A DNA stretch of 64,000 bases from an uncultured Candidatus Saccharibacteria bacterium (GTDB taxonomy: Bacteria > Patescibacteriota > Minisyncoccia > Phycocordibacterales > UBA918), in NCBI GenBank assembly GCA_964350985.1, contig CAYGLK010000001.1:228528-292527 (forward strand), given 5' to 3'. Of this stretch, positions 10,159-20,431 are shown in pieces. Numbering within the stretch: the first letter of the stretch is position 1; every line of letters starts with the position of its first letter. The notes beneath the pieces were generated by a model that was not told the DNA's origin, ran no database searches, and saw nothing but the letters and a program-made list of their open reading frames with translations. The position numbers were made by a program, and so were the translations under genes.

Positions 10159-11012
10159 ATTTTTGTAAGAGAATTATTTTTTGCTAGTAGTCTTTCATTA
10201 CTCATTTTATCATAGAGGCCAGCTAAAGCCGCTCCGTAAAAAATGATGGCTGACAAAACATACACCCAGATCAATAAGACTAAGATTAATCCAGCTCCAC
10301 CGTAGAAGTTGAGTAATGGAGTACTTACTACATAAACATAGACTAGATATTTTGCAGCCATAAATAATGTAGCTGCCACTAACGCACCGATAAGACTACT
10401 TTTCAGATTGGGACTTCGTCTGTATAGAAAGCGATATAGAAAAGTGAATAATGCAGTAGTTGAGAGGAATAATAGAATTGAATAAAAAATGGAATCATCA
10501 TTCAAGTTAAAACGGCTTAAAACAACCTGAAGTCCAATGATAGTAATAAGATAGAGTTGTAGGACAAAGATAAAACCAATTGAACGTAGGCTGCGGAAGA
10601 TCCAGCTTATTATTCCTTGGTCTTCTATGCCCCACAGTCTTTGGAAGCCAGAACTAATTACATTTAAGGCTACAACAGAGATACTGGAGAAAATAATAAT
10701 ACCGATAATTGGGATAGTAAAAGAATTTGTCTGGATCGTCAGGTTGTCGACAGCTAGACCGAGGATCTTAGCTAGATCAGGACTGAGGACTTCTCCCCAG
10801 TTAAAGAATACCTGTGCTGTAAACTCTACTCCATATATTAGACCAACTAAAGTTAGCGAGATTAGGATCAGGGGAATAATCGCCAGTGGCGCGTAGTATG
10901 AAAAAGCGGCGGCGTAGTAAACCATCTCGTGATCAATCCAAAGAAGTGCGGCTTTATATAAATTATTTAGAAATCGAAACATGCCAGTACATTCTATTGT
11001 AAACCAGGACAA
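10155..11012 (-). CDS. YihY/BrkB family membrane protein
   Basis: 285 aa, 6 TM, typical YihY topology; overlaps neighbours by 4 and 19 nt (operon). Confidence 0.55.
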   Translation of the reverse strand: MSWFTIECTGMFRFLNNLYKAALLWIDHEMVYYAAAFSYYAPLAIIPLILISLTLVGLIYGVEFTAQVFFNWGEVLSPDLAKILGLAVDNLTIQTNSFTIPIIGIIIFSSISVVALNVISSGFQRLWGIEDQGIISWIFRSLRSIGFIFVLQLYLITIIGLQVVLSRFNLNDDSIFYSILLFLSTTALFTFLYRFLYRRSPNLKSSLIGALVAATLFMAAKYLVYVYVVSTPLLNFYGGAGLILVLLIWVYVLSAIIFYGAALAGLYDKMSNERLLAKNNSLTKI

Positions 11013-11362
11013 TTTGCTGCTGGTTTATACCCGGCTGCTTCAGCTTCGGATATTGAGGTAAAAGTAATTTTGTTTTCCTGCTTGATTTGTTTAGCTCCAG
11101 GACAGGTGCTGAGGTGATACTTGGTGCCAGATTTTGAGGCTATCAGGAGAGCACTCTGAGTGTCTGCAGACCTGGTATCCGCTGTGTTGCTCGGCTGAGG
11201 CACTACTCTTGTTTCAGTTACTTGAACCAAAGGCTTCTCTGTTACAGTCTCAGGAGCCGCTGTTAGCCTACCAAGACCAAAGGCTATAAGCCCAACGATG
11301 ATTATAAGACAGCTGTAAAAGAATTGGTCATTCCTTATTAGGGCCTTGAGTTTTTCTGACAT
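10994..11362 (-). CDS. small secreted protein with C-terminal Cys-rich (Ada-like metal-binding) motif
   Basis: N-terminal TM/signal; C-terminal YHLSTCPG...ANCPG pattern. Confidence 0.35.
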   Translation of the reverse strand: MSEKLKALIRNDQFFYSCLIIIVGLIAFGLGRLTAAPETVTEKPLVQVTETRVVPQPSNTADTRSADTQSALLIASKSGTKYHLSTCPGAKQIKQENKITFTSISEAEAAGYKPAANCPGLQ

Positions 11363-11408
11363 ATATCGTATACTCCACCAGTTATATTTCGTTTATTTAT
11401 TATATACT

Positions 11409-11690
11409 ATGGCAACCAAGAAAGCTGGCGGAACAGCTAAAAACCTCCGAGATTCACAACCTAAATATCTAGGTATCAAAAAAACTGCTGGTCAAGCGGT
11501 AAATCCAGGTAATATCATTGTTCGACAACGTGGGACAAAGATTGAAGCTGGTAAAGGCGTCTTGATTGGTAAGGACCATACTCTCTTTGCAGCTATTGCT
11601 GGTATTGTTTCTTTCCGGAACATGCGAAAGACTCGTTTCAATGGAGAAAAGGTAGTGAAGAAAGCAGTTGATGTAATCGCTGCAGCTTAA
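11409..11690 (+). CDS. rpmA: 50S ribosomal protein L27
   Basis: MATKKAGG...GKDHTLFA signature; the track ORF (11346) has a spurious 21-aa N-terminal extension; about 15-aa C-terminal extension relative to typical L27. Confidence 0.9.
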   Translation: MATKKAGGTAKNLRDSQPKYLGIKKTAGQAVNPGNIIVRQRGTKIEAGKGVLIGKDHTLFAAIAGIVSFRNMRKTRFNGEKVVKKAVDVIAAA

Positions 11691-11704
11691 CCCAAAAAGT
11701 TTAA

Positions 11705-11743
11705 GCACAAAAAACGCCAGGCTTTGCCTGGCGTTTTTTGTGC
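11705..11743. terminator. perfect 17-bp-stem palindromic bidirectional terminator, copy 1
   Basis: gcacaaaaaacgccagg-ctttg-cctggcgttttttgtgc; identical 41-mer recurs at 13788-13828. Confidence 0.8.
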
Positions 11744-11752
11744 TCTAAATAA

Positions 11753-13738
11753 CTACCACCAAATTCTGTTCCCTAACGTCTTTTTCATCTCAGCTCTGGT
11801 CATTTCTCCGAAGTAGCCGGTTGCTGGAGTGATTCCATGAATTATCTGATAGTTTGATAACGCTTTAGCTGTCTCTGGACCAAAGTAACCAGTTGCTCCA
11901 GCAGGAATAGAATAGCTTAGCGAAATTAGTAGTTCTTGTAAGGCAGTGACATCAGGACCTTCATCTTCTAGGGTTAAGTCTCGGATAGGCAAAGGTACTG
12001 GAGTGAGGTCAATGCCGGTCAGGTCTCTATATCTAGCTATAATAAGAGCAAGATCTTGTCTGAGTCGATCAAGTGTAATACTAAGTGAGATCGGGGTTGC
12101 TGGAATATTAAATTTTTCTTCAAGTTCAACGGCCGCTTCGATGTTTCCGTTGTCTCTGAGATTTTTTGCTCTGCCTTTAGCTGAAGTGCCACTGCTGCCA
12201 CTTGACTCTTTAGCTTCACGAGTGACTGTTCTGGTGGTTGTCACTGTACTAGAAGCTGCGACAACTGGACTGCCATTAAAATCAACTACTGTCCCTGAGT
12301 CAGTGACACTATAGAGTAGTTCATAGACTCCTGGATCTTCTAATACTTCTCCTGTGACTTCAATATCGTCATTGAGGTTACCGTCTTTGATGTCATTTGC
12401 TGAGACTGTGCCGAAGTCAATGGTAAAGCTGTCATTAAAATCTATTTCTACATCAAGTGGAGTCACTGTGAGATTTGGGGGGTTGTCGATGAGGGTAAGT
12501 TCGTTACCACTGACATAGCCAGAAATATTTGAGTCGGTGATGAAGACATTGCCTTCGGTTCCGGAGTTTGTTGAAGCGGTAACCCCTCTAGAATAAGAGT
12601 TTGCAAAGACCGTTGAATTTATGACCGTAACGTCTCCAGAAGCACCAGAGTAACCGTATGAACTAACGTAATTACCTATTGTTGAGTTGGTTACAATAAC
12701 ATCCCCACCGTCGTTACCGTAGGTAAAAGACGAAACACCTAAGGTCACTTCTGAGTCGGTGACAGTAACATCACCAGCATCTATACCTCCTGCTGAATAT
12801 ATGTAGCCATCTACATACGAATCGTTAACAACAATAGTCCCTCCATTTCCAGAATAACCAACAGATTGTACTTGTCCTCCAATATCAGAGCCGTAGATGC
12901 TCACAGAACCTGAATTAAGTGAACCGTCTGATTCTACATAATCAGTTACGTTAGAGTCAGTGATTTCGATATCTCCAGAGTCACCACCAGTAGCTTCAGA
13001 TTGAACTAACTCAGTTACTTCAGAATCAGAAATATCGATGTCTCCGCTACTTAAAATACCAGACGCTCTTACAGAACCTGTAACAGTTGAATTATTGGAA
13101 ATGGTGATGTTGCCAGAATTGCTAGTATCTGAAACTGAAGCTATGGAACTATTAATTATTGAGTTTTCAATTACTACATTACCAGAATCATCGCTACCTA
13201 ATGATGAAACGTTGGAAACTACACTAGAAGATACACTGGAATCAATAACAGTAATATCACCAGCTGTACCAGCACTTGCTCCAACAATTGAGTATACCCC
13301 ACCTCCAATATTTGAATTTTGAATATATATCTCTCCAGCATTACTGTCATAAGAGTATGAACTAACATAAGCCCCAACTTCTGTATTTATCACCTCAATG
13401 TCTCCAGAATTTCCTGTAGCGTTATATGATTGTACAAAACCACTAATATTCACAACATCAGTGACTACTATATTATGTCCTCCAGTACTTTGAACATTTC
13501 CATTAATACTATAAAGTCCTTGTCCATCAATAGTGATATTATTGGCAGTAATAATACAGTTACCGGCAGTGGTGGTAGATAGTTGGTAGATGGTATCTGC
13601 TTGGTCTAAATCAGTACTACAGTCTGTGACAGCAGCCACAGCTTTAGGTAGTTCCCTGTTCCAGATAAGTGCGTAGACAAATATAACTATGATAGTTGAA
13701 CTACCTAATCGAAGAATAGTCTTTTTCATATTTATCAT
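11753..13738 (-). CDS. secreted parallel-beta-helix repeat surface protein with C-terminal peptidoglycan-binding (PG_binding_1-like) repeats
   Basis: N-terminal signal/TM; more than 15 degenerate repeats of the GDI/VTVxDSxV type; C-terminus has two ...TGYFGxxTxxA... motifs. Confidence 0.6.
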   Translation of the reverse strand: MINMKKTILRLGSSTIIVIFVYALIWNRELPKAVAAVTDCSTDLDQADTIYQLSTTTAGNCIITANNITIDGQGLYSINGNVQSTGGHNIVVTDVVNISGFVQSYNATGNSGDIEVINTEVGAYVSSYSYDSNAGEIYIQNSNIGGGVYSIVGASAGTAGDITVIDSSVSSSVVSNVSSLGSDDSGNVVIENSIINSSIASVSDTSNSGNITISNNSTVTGSVRASGILSSGDIDISDSEVTELVQSEATGGDSGDIEITDSNVTDYVESDGSLNSGSVSIYGSDIGGQVQSVGYSGNGGTIVVNDSYVDGYIYSAGGIDAGDVTVTDSEVTLGVSSFTYGNDGGDVIVTNSTIGNYVSSYGYSGASGDVTVINSTVFANSYSRGVTASTNSGTEGNVFITDSNISGYVSGNELTLIDNPPNLTVTPLDVEIDFNDSFTIDFGTVSANDIKDGNLNDDIEVTGEVLEDPGVYELLYSVTDSGTVVDFNGSPVVAASSTVTTTRTVTREAKESSGSSGTSAKGRAKNLRDNGNIEAAVELEEKFNIPATPISLSITLDRLRQDLALIIARYRDLTGIDLTPVPLPIRDLTLEDEGPDVTALQELLISLSYSIPAGATGYFGPETAKALSNYQIIHGITPATGYFGEMTRAEMKKTLGNRIWW

Positions 13739-13787
13739 TATAACTTTTTTTCTAGTTTTTCTAACAACTTTTCACCAAAATTAAAAT

Positions 13788-13828
13788 ACAAAAAACGCCA
13801 GGCTTTGCCTGGCGTTTTTTGTGCTCTA
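13788..13828. terminator. palindromic terminator, copy 2
   Basis: 41 nt identical to 11705-11745. Confidence 0.8.
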
Positions 13829-13837
13829 CTTCCCTAC

Positions 13838-14563
13838 TTATTTAACAATAGTAACTGATTCCATCACTACTGGTTCAACTGGAAGGTCTCGTTCGTTTCT
13901 TTCTACTTGAGCTATCTTGTCGACCACATCCATGCCAGAAACAATCTTACCAAAAACTGGGTGTTTTGATGATAGTGGTTGCTTATCAAAGTCTAGGTTA
14001 GCGTTGTCAGCTACATTGATAAAGAATTGACTACCGCCTGAGTTTGGACCGCTGTTAGCCATTGAGATAGTACCGCGAACGTTAGTTAGGTATTCCCCGG
14101 CTACGTGTTCGTCTGGAATAGCATATCCTGGACCACCAGTTCCATAACGACCAGTATCGGCTTCTTTAGTTAACGGGTCTCCTCCTTGAATCATAAACCC
14201 TGGGATCACACGATGGAATAGTACTCCGTCGTAGTAGCCAGATTCAGCTAGTTCAATGAAGTTTCCAGCAGTTACCGGCATTGTGTCTGCAAATAGTTCT
14301 AGTTCAAATGTTCCTAGGTTTGTTTTTACCTCTGCTACTGGGTTTGATTCGTTTGTCATATTTTCTTGATAAGCTGCTAATTCGTCTATATTAAGTGGTG
14401 CAACGAAAGGTTGTTCATCTTCTTCTGTTTCGCTAGAAAGCTCATTATTTATTGCAACATCAGTTGAGGCTTTTTCAGGTCCCAACCAGACACTTAAAGC
14501 AGCTACTAGTAACCCACAGACTACTAAGTAAACAAAAATTGTTAATAGATTCTTTTTATCCAT
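13838..14563 (-). CDS. ppiB: peptidyl-prolyl cis-trans isomerase, cyclophilin type, membrane-anchored
   Basis: HRVIPGFMIQGGDP and FFI motif; N-terminal TM. Confidence 0.85.
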   Translation of the reverse strand: MDKKNLLTIFVYLVVCGLLVAALSVWLGPEKASTDVAINNELSSETEEDEQPFVAPLNIDELAAYQENMTNESNPVAEVKTNLGTFELELFADTMPVTAGNFIELAESGYYDGVLFHRVIPGFMIQGGDPLTKEADTGRYGTGGPGYAIPDEHVAGEYLTNVRGTISMANSGPNSGGSQFFINVADNANLDFDKQPLSSKHPVFGKIVSGMDVVDKIAQVERNERDLPVEPVVMESVTIVK

Positions 14564-14564
14564 G

Positions 14565-15005
14565 TTATTTAGCTACTACATTAGTTATTAATTCAAATTT
14601 CTTCCCCTGATACTGCAAGGTAATTTTATGCGTACCGACATCTTTTATCGGTGACTCCATTACTAAATATTCCTTATGAATATTTAAACCTACTTTTTTA
14701 CCAGCGCCCATTATATCTTCGGCGTGGACACTTTGGAAAAGATGTCCTTGTTCGTTTGCTTGCATTGGTACTACAAGCGGAGTTTCTTCAGTCTTAGTAG
14801 CAATTTCTTTTAATGTTTCCAGTACTTGAGCCTGGCTATTCTCATTGACCACATTCAAGTGGGTAATTTTCTTTAAGTTGGCTGCAGTTGCTGGTTCAGC
14901 GTCTTTCTTTGGAATCAGCTTATTTAAAGCAAATCCATCAGGTACTTCAACTATTTGGTTTCGACGACCAATTTTGGCCACGTCGCGTAACAGGATTACT
15001 TTCAT
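14565..15005 (-). CDS. rplI: 50S ribosomal protein L9
   Basis: MKVILLRDVAKIG...VEV L9 N-terminal domain. Confidence 0.85.
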   Translation of the reverse strand: MKVILLRDVAKIGRRNQIVEVPDGFALNKLIPKKDAEPATAANLKKITHLNVVNENSQAQVLETLKEIATKTEETPLVVPMQANEQGHLFQSVHAEDIMGAGKKVGLNIHKEYLVMESPIKDVGTHKITLQYQGKKFELITNVVAK

Positions 15006-15064
15006 ATTTCTTTTAATTAAGTCTTAACAAAGGAATTTTAACAAAAGAGCAAGGTAAACACCAC

Positions 15065-16369
15065 TTACTCAGATACTACTTCTTCACCTCTAAGAAGTTT
15101 TAAAGCTGCATCTTGTTGAGGGTCTACTTCATTGATTCTGTCTTCTGGAGTTCGGCTGATCAAAATATCAGGAGTTAGACCACCATTTGAAATCGAAGTA
15201 CCGTTTGGTGTTAGCCACCTTGCGATAGTGATTTTAACTGATGAAGAGTTATCTAGTTGAACAAGCTCTTGAACAGAACCTTTACCAAAAGTGTTTACAC
15301 CGATAATAGTAGCTACATCATGTTCACCTAGTGCTCCAGCTAAAATTTCTGAGGCTGAAGCTGAACCTCCGTCAACTAATACTACTAAGTTTTCAGGTGT
15401 AAAGTCTCGCACCTTTCGTCCCTGGCTTCGGTAGAGCTTTTCTTCGTCGTTATCTCTAAAGCTTTCTCGGACAACCACCTTCCCTGTTGGTAGGAAGTAA
15501 CCAGCGATAGAAACAGCACTTTGTAGATAACCTCCTGGGTTGCCACGTAGATCAAGAATAAGAGATTTAGAATCACTTGCTAGGAATTCACGAAGAGCGT
15601 CCTGCATTTTTTCTTCTGAGATAGCGTTGAAGCTAAATAATCTAATGACAAAAGTATCACCAATTTTTTCAGTAGCTATAGTTGGAATATCAATCGTGTC
15701 TCTAGTGACTACAAGATCTTGAAATTCTAGATCTCCTTCACGATAGATAGATAGTCGTACGTCAGTCCCCTTTTCACCTCGGATGAGACGGACAGCTTCG
15801 TCTACACGCATTCCGTCTGTTGAAGTATCATCAATCTTAACAATCTTGTCTCCAGCCATCAGACCCGCTTTTTCAGCTGGGGTACCCGGTAGTGGTGCGA
15901 TCACTGTCACGATATCGTCTCGCATTCCAATCTCCATACCGACACCACTAAAGTTGCCAGAGATGTCTTCTGTAAAAGCAGCATTTTCTGCTGGTGGGAA
16001 GAAAGTTGTGTATGGGTCACCATAAGCACCAACCATGCCTTCAATAGCGCCATTTATCTTATCTTGAGGTGAAATAACTTGGGTTGAACTAGCGCTTACG
16101 AATTTTTCATCCATTAGGTTCCAGACATGCCAAAACTGCTCTAACTCAACATCCTCAGCTGCTTTAGGAGCATTGAATTTAGTAAAGAAGGAGAAGATAC
16201 TAGCTTCTTGGTTTTCGACATTGTTTAGCTTATTAACTTCTAAACCAGAAATAAATGAACCGGCGGCCAATAATAAAGCTAGGGTTATTCCTAAAAAATT
16301 ATTCTTTTTTACTTTTCTCGGTCTGTTAACAGATGTGTGTTCTGCCGCTTGTGGTTCTTGCATGAGCAT
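15065..16369 (-). CDS. ctpA: S41 family carboxyl-terminal processing protease with PDZ domain
   Basis: PDZ (GLMAGDKIVKID) plus catalytic-region GASASASEI and TFGKGSVQ. Confidence 0.8.
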   Translation of the reverse strand: MLMQEPQAAEHTSVNRPRKVKKNNFLGITLALLLAAGSFISGLEVNKLNNVENQEASIFSFFTKFNAPKAAEDVELEQFWHVWNLMDEKFVSASSTQVISPQDKINGAIEGMVGAYGDPYTTFFPPAENAAFTEDISGNFSGVGMEIGMRDDIVTVIAPLPGTPAEKAGLMAGDKIVKIDDTSTDGMRVDEAVRLIRGEKGTDVRLSIYREGDLEFQDLVVTRDTIDIPTIATEKIGDTFVIRLFSFNAISEEKMQDALREFLASDSKSLILDLRGNPGGYLQSAVSIAGYFLPTGKVVVRESFRDNDEEKLYRSQGRKVRDFTPENLVVLVDGGSASASEILAGALGEHDVATIIGVNTFGKGSVQELVQLDNSSSVKITIARWLTPNGTSISNGGLTPDILISRTPEDRINEVDPQQDAALKLLRGEEVVSE

Positions 16370-16450
16370 TATTATCGCACAGTCTTAAAAGATAGCCAAA
16401 AGACAATAGTGGCTTTCTGTTTTGAGTTCCCTTTGCTACACTGTCCCTAT

Positions 16451-17905
16451 ATGTTTATGGATTTATTTAAGAGTAAAAAGGAGCCTGTTAAGTTGCCGCA
16501 AATCAACCTCTACAACACTGAAAGTAGGTCAATGGAGCTGTTTAAACCAATCTCAGGCAAGGTAGTAACTATGTACTCTTGCGGACCAACTGTTTACGAC
16601 TATATCCATATTGGTAATCTCCGACCTTACGTTTTCTCTGATATTCTTAAGCGCACTTTGATGCTCCATGGTTATGAAGTAAAACACACCATTAATCTAA
16701 CTGACTTTGGTCATCTAACAGATGATGGTGATATTGGTGAAGATAAAATGATGAAGGGCTTAAAACGTGAAGGATTACCTGTCACCTTGGCAGCGATGCG
16801 CCAATTGTCTGATACGTATATCAGTGCCTTTTATGATGATATGGATTCTCTCCGAGTGATGTCTGCCACTACTTGGTCTAGAGCCAGTGATTATGTGGCC
16901 GAGCAGATTCGCTTAGTTGAGAGTTTGAGCGAAAAAGGTTTTACCTACGAAACCAGCGATGGAGTTTATTTTGATATTCAGAAGTTTCCTAAGTATGGAA
17001 GATTGGGCAATATTGATTTGGAACAACTAAAAAGTGGTGCTCGGGTTGAGGTAAACAGTGAAAAGAAACACCCAGCGGACTTTGCTGTTTGGAAAAAAGG
17101 CCTACTTGGTTGGGAAAGTCGCTGGGGTAAAGGCTTTCCTGGGTGGCATATAGAATGTTCTGCTATGGCGATGGCTACTCTAGGTAAAGAGATTGATATC
17201 CATACTGGCGGTATCGATCATATTCCAGTACATCATAACGCTGAGATCGCTCAATCTGAGTGTGCTACGGGTAAACAGTTTGTTCGCTATTGGCTTCACA
17301 ACGCTTTTATTACCATTGATGCTCAGAAGATCGGCAAGTCTCTTGGTAACTCTATTACTTTGCGTCAATTAGTCGACCGTGGCTTTTCCGGTGAAGACTA
17401 CCGCTACTGGCTTTTGACCGCTCACTATCGTTCAACCGTTAATTTTACTTGGGAAGCACTAACGGCAGCTAAACAAGCTCTCTACCGTCTGAAAAGATTT
17501 GTCTATGAAGACTACAAGCAAATAGCTGGTGAGCCTGACGCTGTTTACCAAGAAAAGTTTAGAAATTTTATTGCCGACGACTTAGATACTCCAGGAGCTT
17601 TGGCTTTGTTGTGGGAAGTTACCAAAGATGAAACTTTAGATAACAAAACCAAGTGCGCCACAATTCACTATATGGACAGCGTGCTTGAGATTGGACTTAG
17701 TGATGATGTTGATGAAGGAAAAAAGAATCTAGGAATTCTTACCAGCGAAGAGGTTCCAGAAGAGATAAAAGAGTTAGTTTCAAAACGTGAAGCTGCTAGA
17801 GTGGCTCGCAACTGGCTAGAGGCTGACCACTTCCGCGAAGCTTTGAACCTAAAGGGTTATACTGTTGAAGATACTCCACATGGTCCGAAGGTGGTGAAGG
17901 TGTAA
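16451..17905 (+). CDS. cysS: cysteinyl-tRNA synthetase
   Basis: HIGN and KIGKSLGN class-I motifs; start taken at an internal ATG (the track ORF starts at 16337, overlapping the divergent ctpA start). Confidence 0.9.
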   Translation: MFMDLFKSKKEPVKLPQINLYNTESRSMELFKPISGKVVTMYSCGPTVYDYIHIGNLRPYVFSDILKRTLMLHGYEVKHTINLTDFGHLTDDGDIGEDKMMKGLKREGLPVTLAAMRQLSDTYISAFYDDMDSLRVMSATTWSRASDYVAEQIRLVESLSEKGFTYETSDGVYFDIQKFPKYGRLGNIDLEQLKSGARVEVNSEKKHPADFAVWKKGLLGWESRWGKGFPGWHIECSAMAMATLGKEIDIHTGGIDHIPVHHNAEIAQSECATGKQFVRYWLHNAFITIDAQKIGKSLGNSITLRQLVDRGFSGEDYRYWLLTAHYRSTVNFTWEALTAAKQALYRLKRFVYEDYKQIAGEPDAVYQEKFRNFIADDLDTPGALALLWEVTKDETLDNKTKCATIHYMDSVLEIGLSDDVDEGKKNLGILTSEEVPEEIKELVSKREAARVARNWLEADHFREALNLKGYTVEDTPHGPKVVKV

Positions 17906-17989
17906 CTACCTCCCTATTTAATACTAGCCTTATTTATCAAGGAGTAATTTAAACTTGTACCACTAGGACTTGACAAGAATTGTATAGTA

Positions 17990-18445
17990 TGCAATACTAT
18001 ATGAGTAACACGTTCCATTCTTTCTGTTTTGTTCTGTGTGGTTTGAGCGTTACATGTTCCTTGTTTGTCGCTGCTACAAAGTTGTTTAGAGGCGGATAGC
18101 TCTCGACAGATTTCAACCGGTATTTGGTAAAATTGTGGTCCGTGCCGGTCCGCAAACCAATCATACTGGTTTTTGATCCAGTCGTTAAAAAGATTTGTAT
18201 GTTGCTGGCGTTCGTGAAATCACGTCTGCAGCCTCTGCAAGTTGCGATTCCCTGTCTTGATTCCATGGGATTCCACTAGATTGCAGCCTTTGGTCGCAAG
18301 CTGCTAATCGAAATTTGTTTTTAAGCCGACGCTTTCAAAAACTGAAAGTAACACCTGGCAAACGCCAGTCGAGTTTGTACGATACACCCTCCGCGCACAC
18401 GAACCCCCGGTTCGGCACGCCGGGGGTTTTCTTTTTGCCAAATTT
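17990..18445 (+). ncRNA. candidate noncoding RNA (unclassified)
   Basis: strong sigma70-like TTGACA -35 at about 17971 and GC hairpin cccccgg..ccggggg + T-run at about 18405-18445 in a 630-bp convergent intergenic gap; no RNase P, tmRNA or SRP consensus found by eye. Confidence 0.3.
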
Positions 18446-18534
18446 TTTATTAGAACTGTTATTAATCTCTAAGTGCTGGTAAATAAAATTGACCATCAGT
18501 TGTCTGATATTTGCTCCATGATGAAGTCCATTTT

Positions 18535-19806
18535 TTAAATTGATGTTTTATACGTAAGTATATTCTGAAAACCTAGATCGTCGATAAATACGAGGACACC
18601 ACGACGAACAATTAATTCTTGTGCTGTAAGAGTATAACCACGTAACTCTCCAGTTTTTTCATCGTATTCAACAAAGGTATTAGGCTCTTTTCCCGTAACT
18701 CTCGTAATCAGGGGGTGTTCTGGGCTGATTAGATTGTAAATTTTCCTTCCATTACTGGTTTTGCCGACCACTTCTAGATCTGATTGAGGTATGTCCTTAA
18801 GAGAGATTTCTTGTCCTGAGGTATGAAAGCCTGTCGAATATTCCTTCGTGTTTTTGCTACCGTCGTTCCAGGTTATATCAGGAACAGGATAAGACTCTGC
18901 TGAGAATAGTTTTTTCGGTAGGTCTAATTCAAATGGTACTAAAAGGCCACCTACAGTCCTAACTGCATACATAAATATTGCTGTACCTTCTTCTGAAATG
19001 TTATAGCCTCGAAATAATGGTCCGAATTCAGTGTCTTCAATAAACTCAATAAATTCATAAGGTTCACGCTCTCCTTCAACATTAGGATTGAAACTTGAAT
19101 TAGCAAAAATTTCTGGATGCTCGAGTCTAAAAAATCTTGAACCAACAGTAAAGGTTGCTTGACCTAATGATATTTCATTTAATCTCAATGCATCAAAAGA
19201 TAAATTTTCATCTATAGATACACCTTCATGAAGTTTGTAAAAGTTAGTATTTTCGTCGAATTGGGAATGTGTCTTAATTAAACTAACATCACTTGTAGTC
19301 GTCCCTAGAAAAAACAAGTCCTCACCTATACACACAGATTCAGAGCAATCAGCGTTAACATAAACTATCGGTTTGTCATTGAAATTTCCGATTTGAAAAT
19401 AATAGGATATCTGATCAATATAATCGCCATCTGCGTCTATGTATTTGTTTTCAGTTATTAAACCTAAATCACCAAGAGGTACTGGATTTAAAAACCATTC
19501 AATGCCGGGTTCCCTATTTATATTTTTATAGTAAATAGAATAGTCAGTGTTATCTGGGTAAATATATCTAGTCACTTCAGTCGCAGCTGTGTCGTTGCTG
19601 TCTCTAAGTGACGATCTCCATGATTCAGAATTCTCAGTATTAATACCAGTATCTCTTGTTGTGATTACAAGAAAAGCTAAAATCGCAATAACACATACAG
19701 TTCCAACGACAACTAAAGTAGACAAAGATTTTTTTGGCTTGAAAGATGAAGCGGACTCTTCTGTTGCGGTTTCTGGAGCGTGTTGTTCTTGCATGTAATT
19801 TAACAA
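18535..19806 (-). CDS. membrane-anchored extracellular protein, unknown function
   Basis: N-terminal single TM then about 370-aa Asn/Tyr-rich ectodomain. Confidence 0.4.
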   Translation of the reverse strand: MLNYMQEQHAPETATEESASSFKPKKSLSTLVVVGTVCVIAILAFLVITTRDTGINTENSESWRSSLRDSNDTAATEVTRYIYPDNTDYSIYYKNINREPGIEWFLNPVPLGDLGLITENKYIDADGDYIDQISYYFQIGNFNDKPIVYVNADCSESVCIGEDLFFLGTTTSDVSLIKTHSQFDENTNFYKLHEGVSIDENLSFDALRLNEISLGQATFTVGSRFFRLEHPEIFANSSFNPNVEGEREPYEFIEFIEDTEFGPLFRGYNISEEGTAIFMYAVRTVGGLLVPFELDLPKKLFSAESYPVPDITWNDGSKNTKEYSTGFHTSGQEISLKDIPQSDLEVVGKTSNGRKIYNLISPEHPLITRVTGKEPNTFVEYDEKTGELRGYTLTAQELIVRRGVLVFIDDLGFQNILTYKTSI

Positions 19807-19951
19807 TAATTTTTAATATAGCTAATCATATATTGTAAATGGTACAAAAACCACACTGATAAAAATAGGTCACAAAAGTTTAAAACTTGACTAACTCTAA
19901 TTTTAATAGTAAAGTTTTGTCAGCTGTTCCCTACCTACATGGAGATATCTC

Positions 19952-20257
19952 ATGCAAAACAGCAAGGTGTCCTTGCTCAAAAAGTTTCTTGCTGACTACA
20001 GTCTGCCGATTGCGGCAGCCTTCGTCATCGCGGTGGTTAGCATGATCGCCGCCTGTACCGTCTCCGGCACGAAAGAGTGTGGCTATGAACTCGTTGTCAC
20101 AAGAGTTCAGACAAGCAGCGCTCTGGGACATCAATTGCCGGAGCAGGCCTACCTCGTTCTTGAGCGACCAATTATCGTTCAGATGGAGGGCACTTCGGAG
20201 GGTCAGAGGTTCGTCCTGAATGGCTGCAATGTTCTGCCGCTGCCTGAAGAGCGCTGA
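19952..20257 (+). CDS. small putative lipoprotein/secreted protein (GC-rich islet)
   Basis: signal-like N-terminus with Cys (IAACTVSG); about 52% GC; antisense ORF 19931-20134 judged spurious. Confidence 0.35.
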   Translation: MQNSKVSLLKKFLADYSLPIAAAFVIAVVSMIAACTVSGTKECGYELVVTRVQTSSALGHQLPEQAYLVLERPIIVQMEGTSEGQRFVLNGCNVLPLPEER

Positions 20258-20431
20258 TTTAATCTTTTAGCATGGTCCACTGCCCAAGCCGTCTGAGTTC
20301 ATACTCGGCGGCTATTGTTTTATCTAAATTTCAATATAAATAAAGCTATTTCACTATGCACACTTTGCACAGGGCTGTGTAAAAACTGCAAAAACTGACT
20401 AGTCTCTATTCGTGATACAATCTACCTACTT

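Noticed and set aside
11346-11408. N-terminal extensions of track ORFs for rpmA (also cysS at 16337-16450 and the YqeY gene at 27508-27642)
   Set aside because: The extensions are hydrophobic nonsense upstream of canonical conserved N-termini with good RBS or promoter spacing, so internal ATGs were chosen.
17997-18266. 89-aa minus-strand ORF in the cysS-downstream gap
   Set aside because: It has no RBS and an odd composition. The region is better explained as a promoter-to-terminator noncoding transcript.
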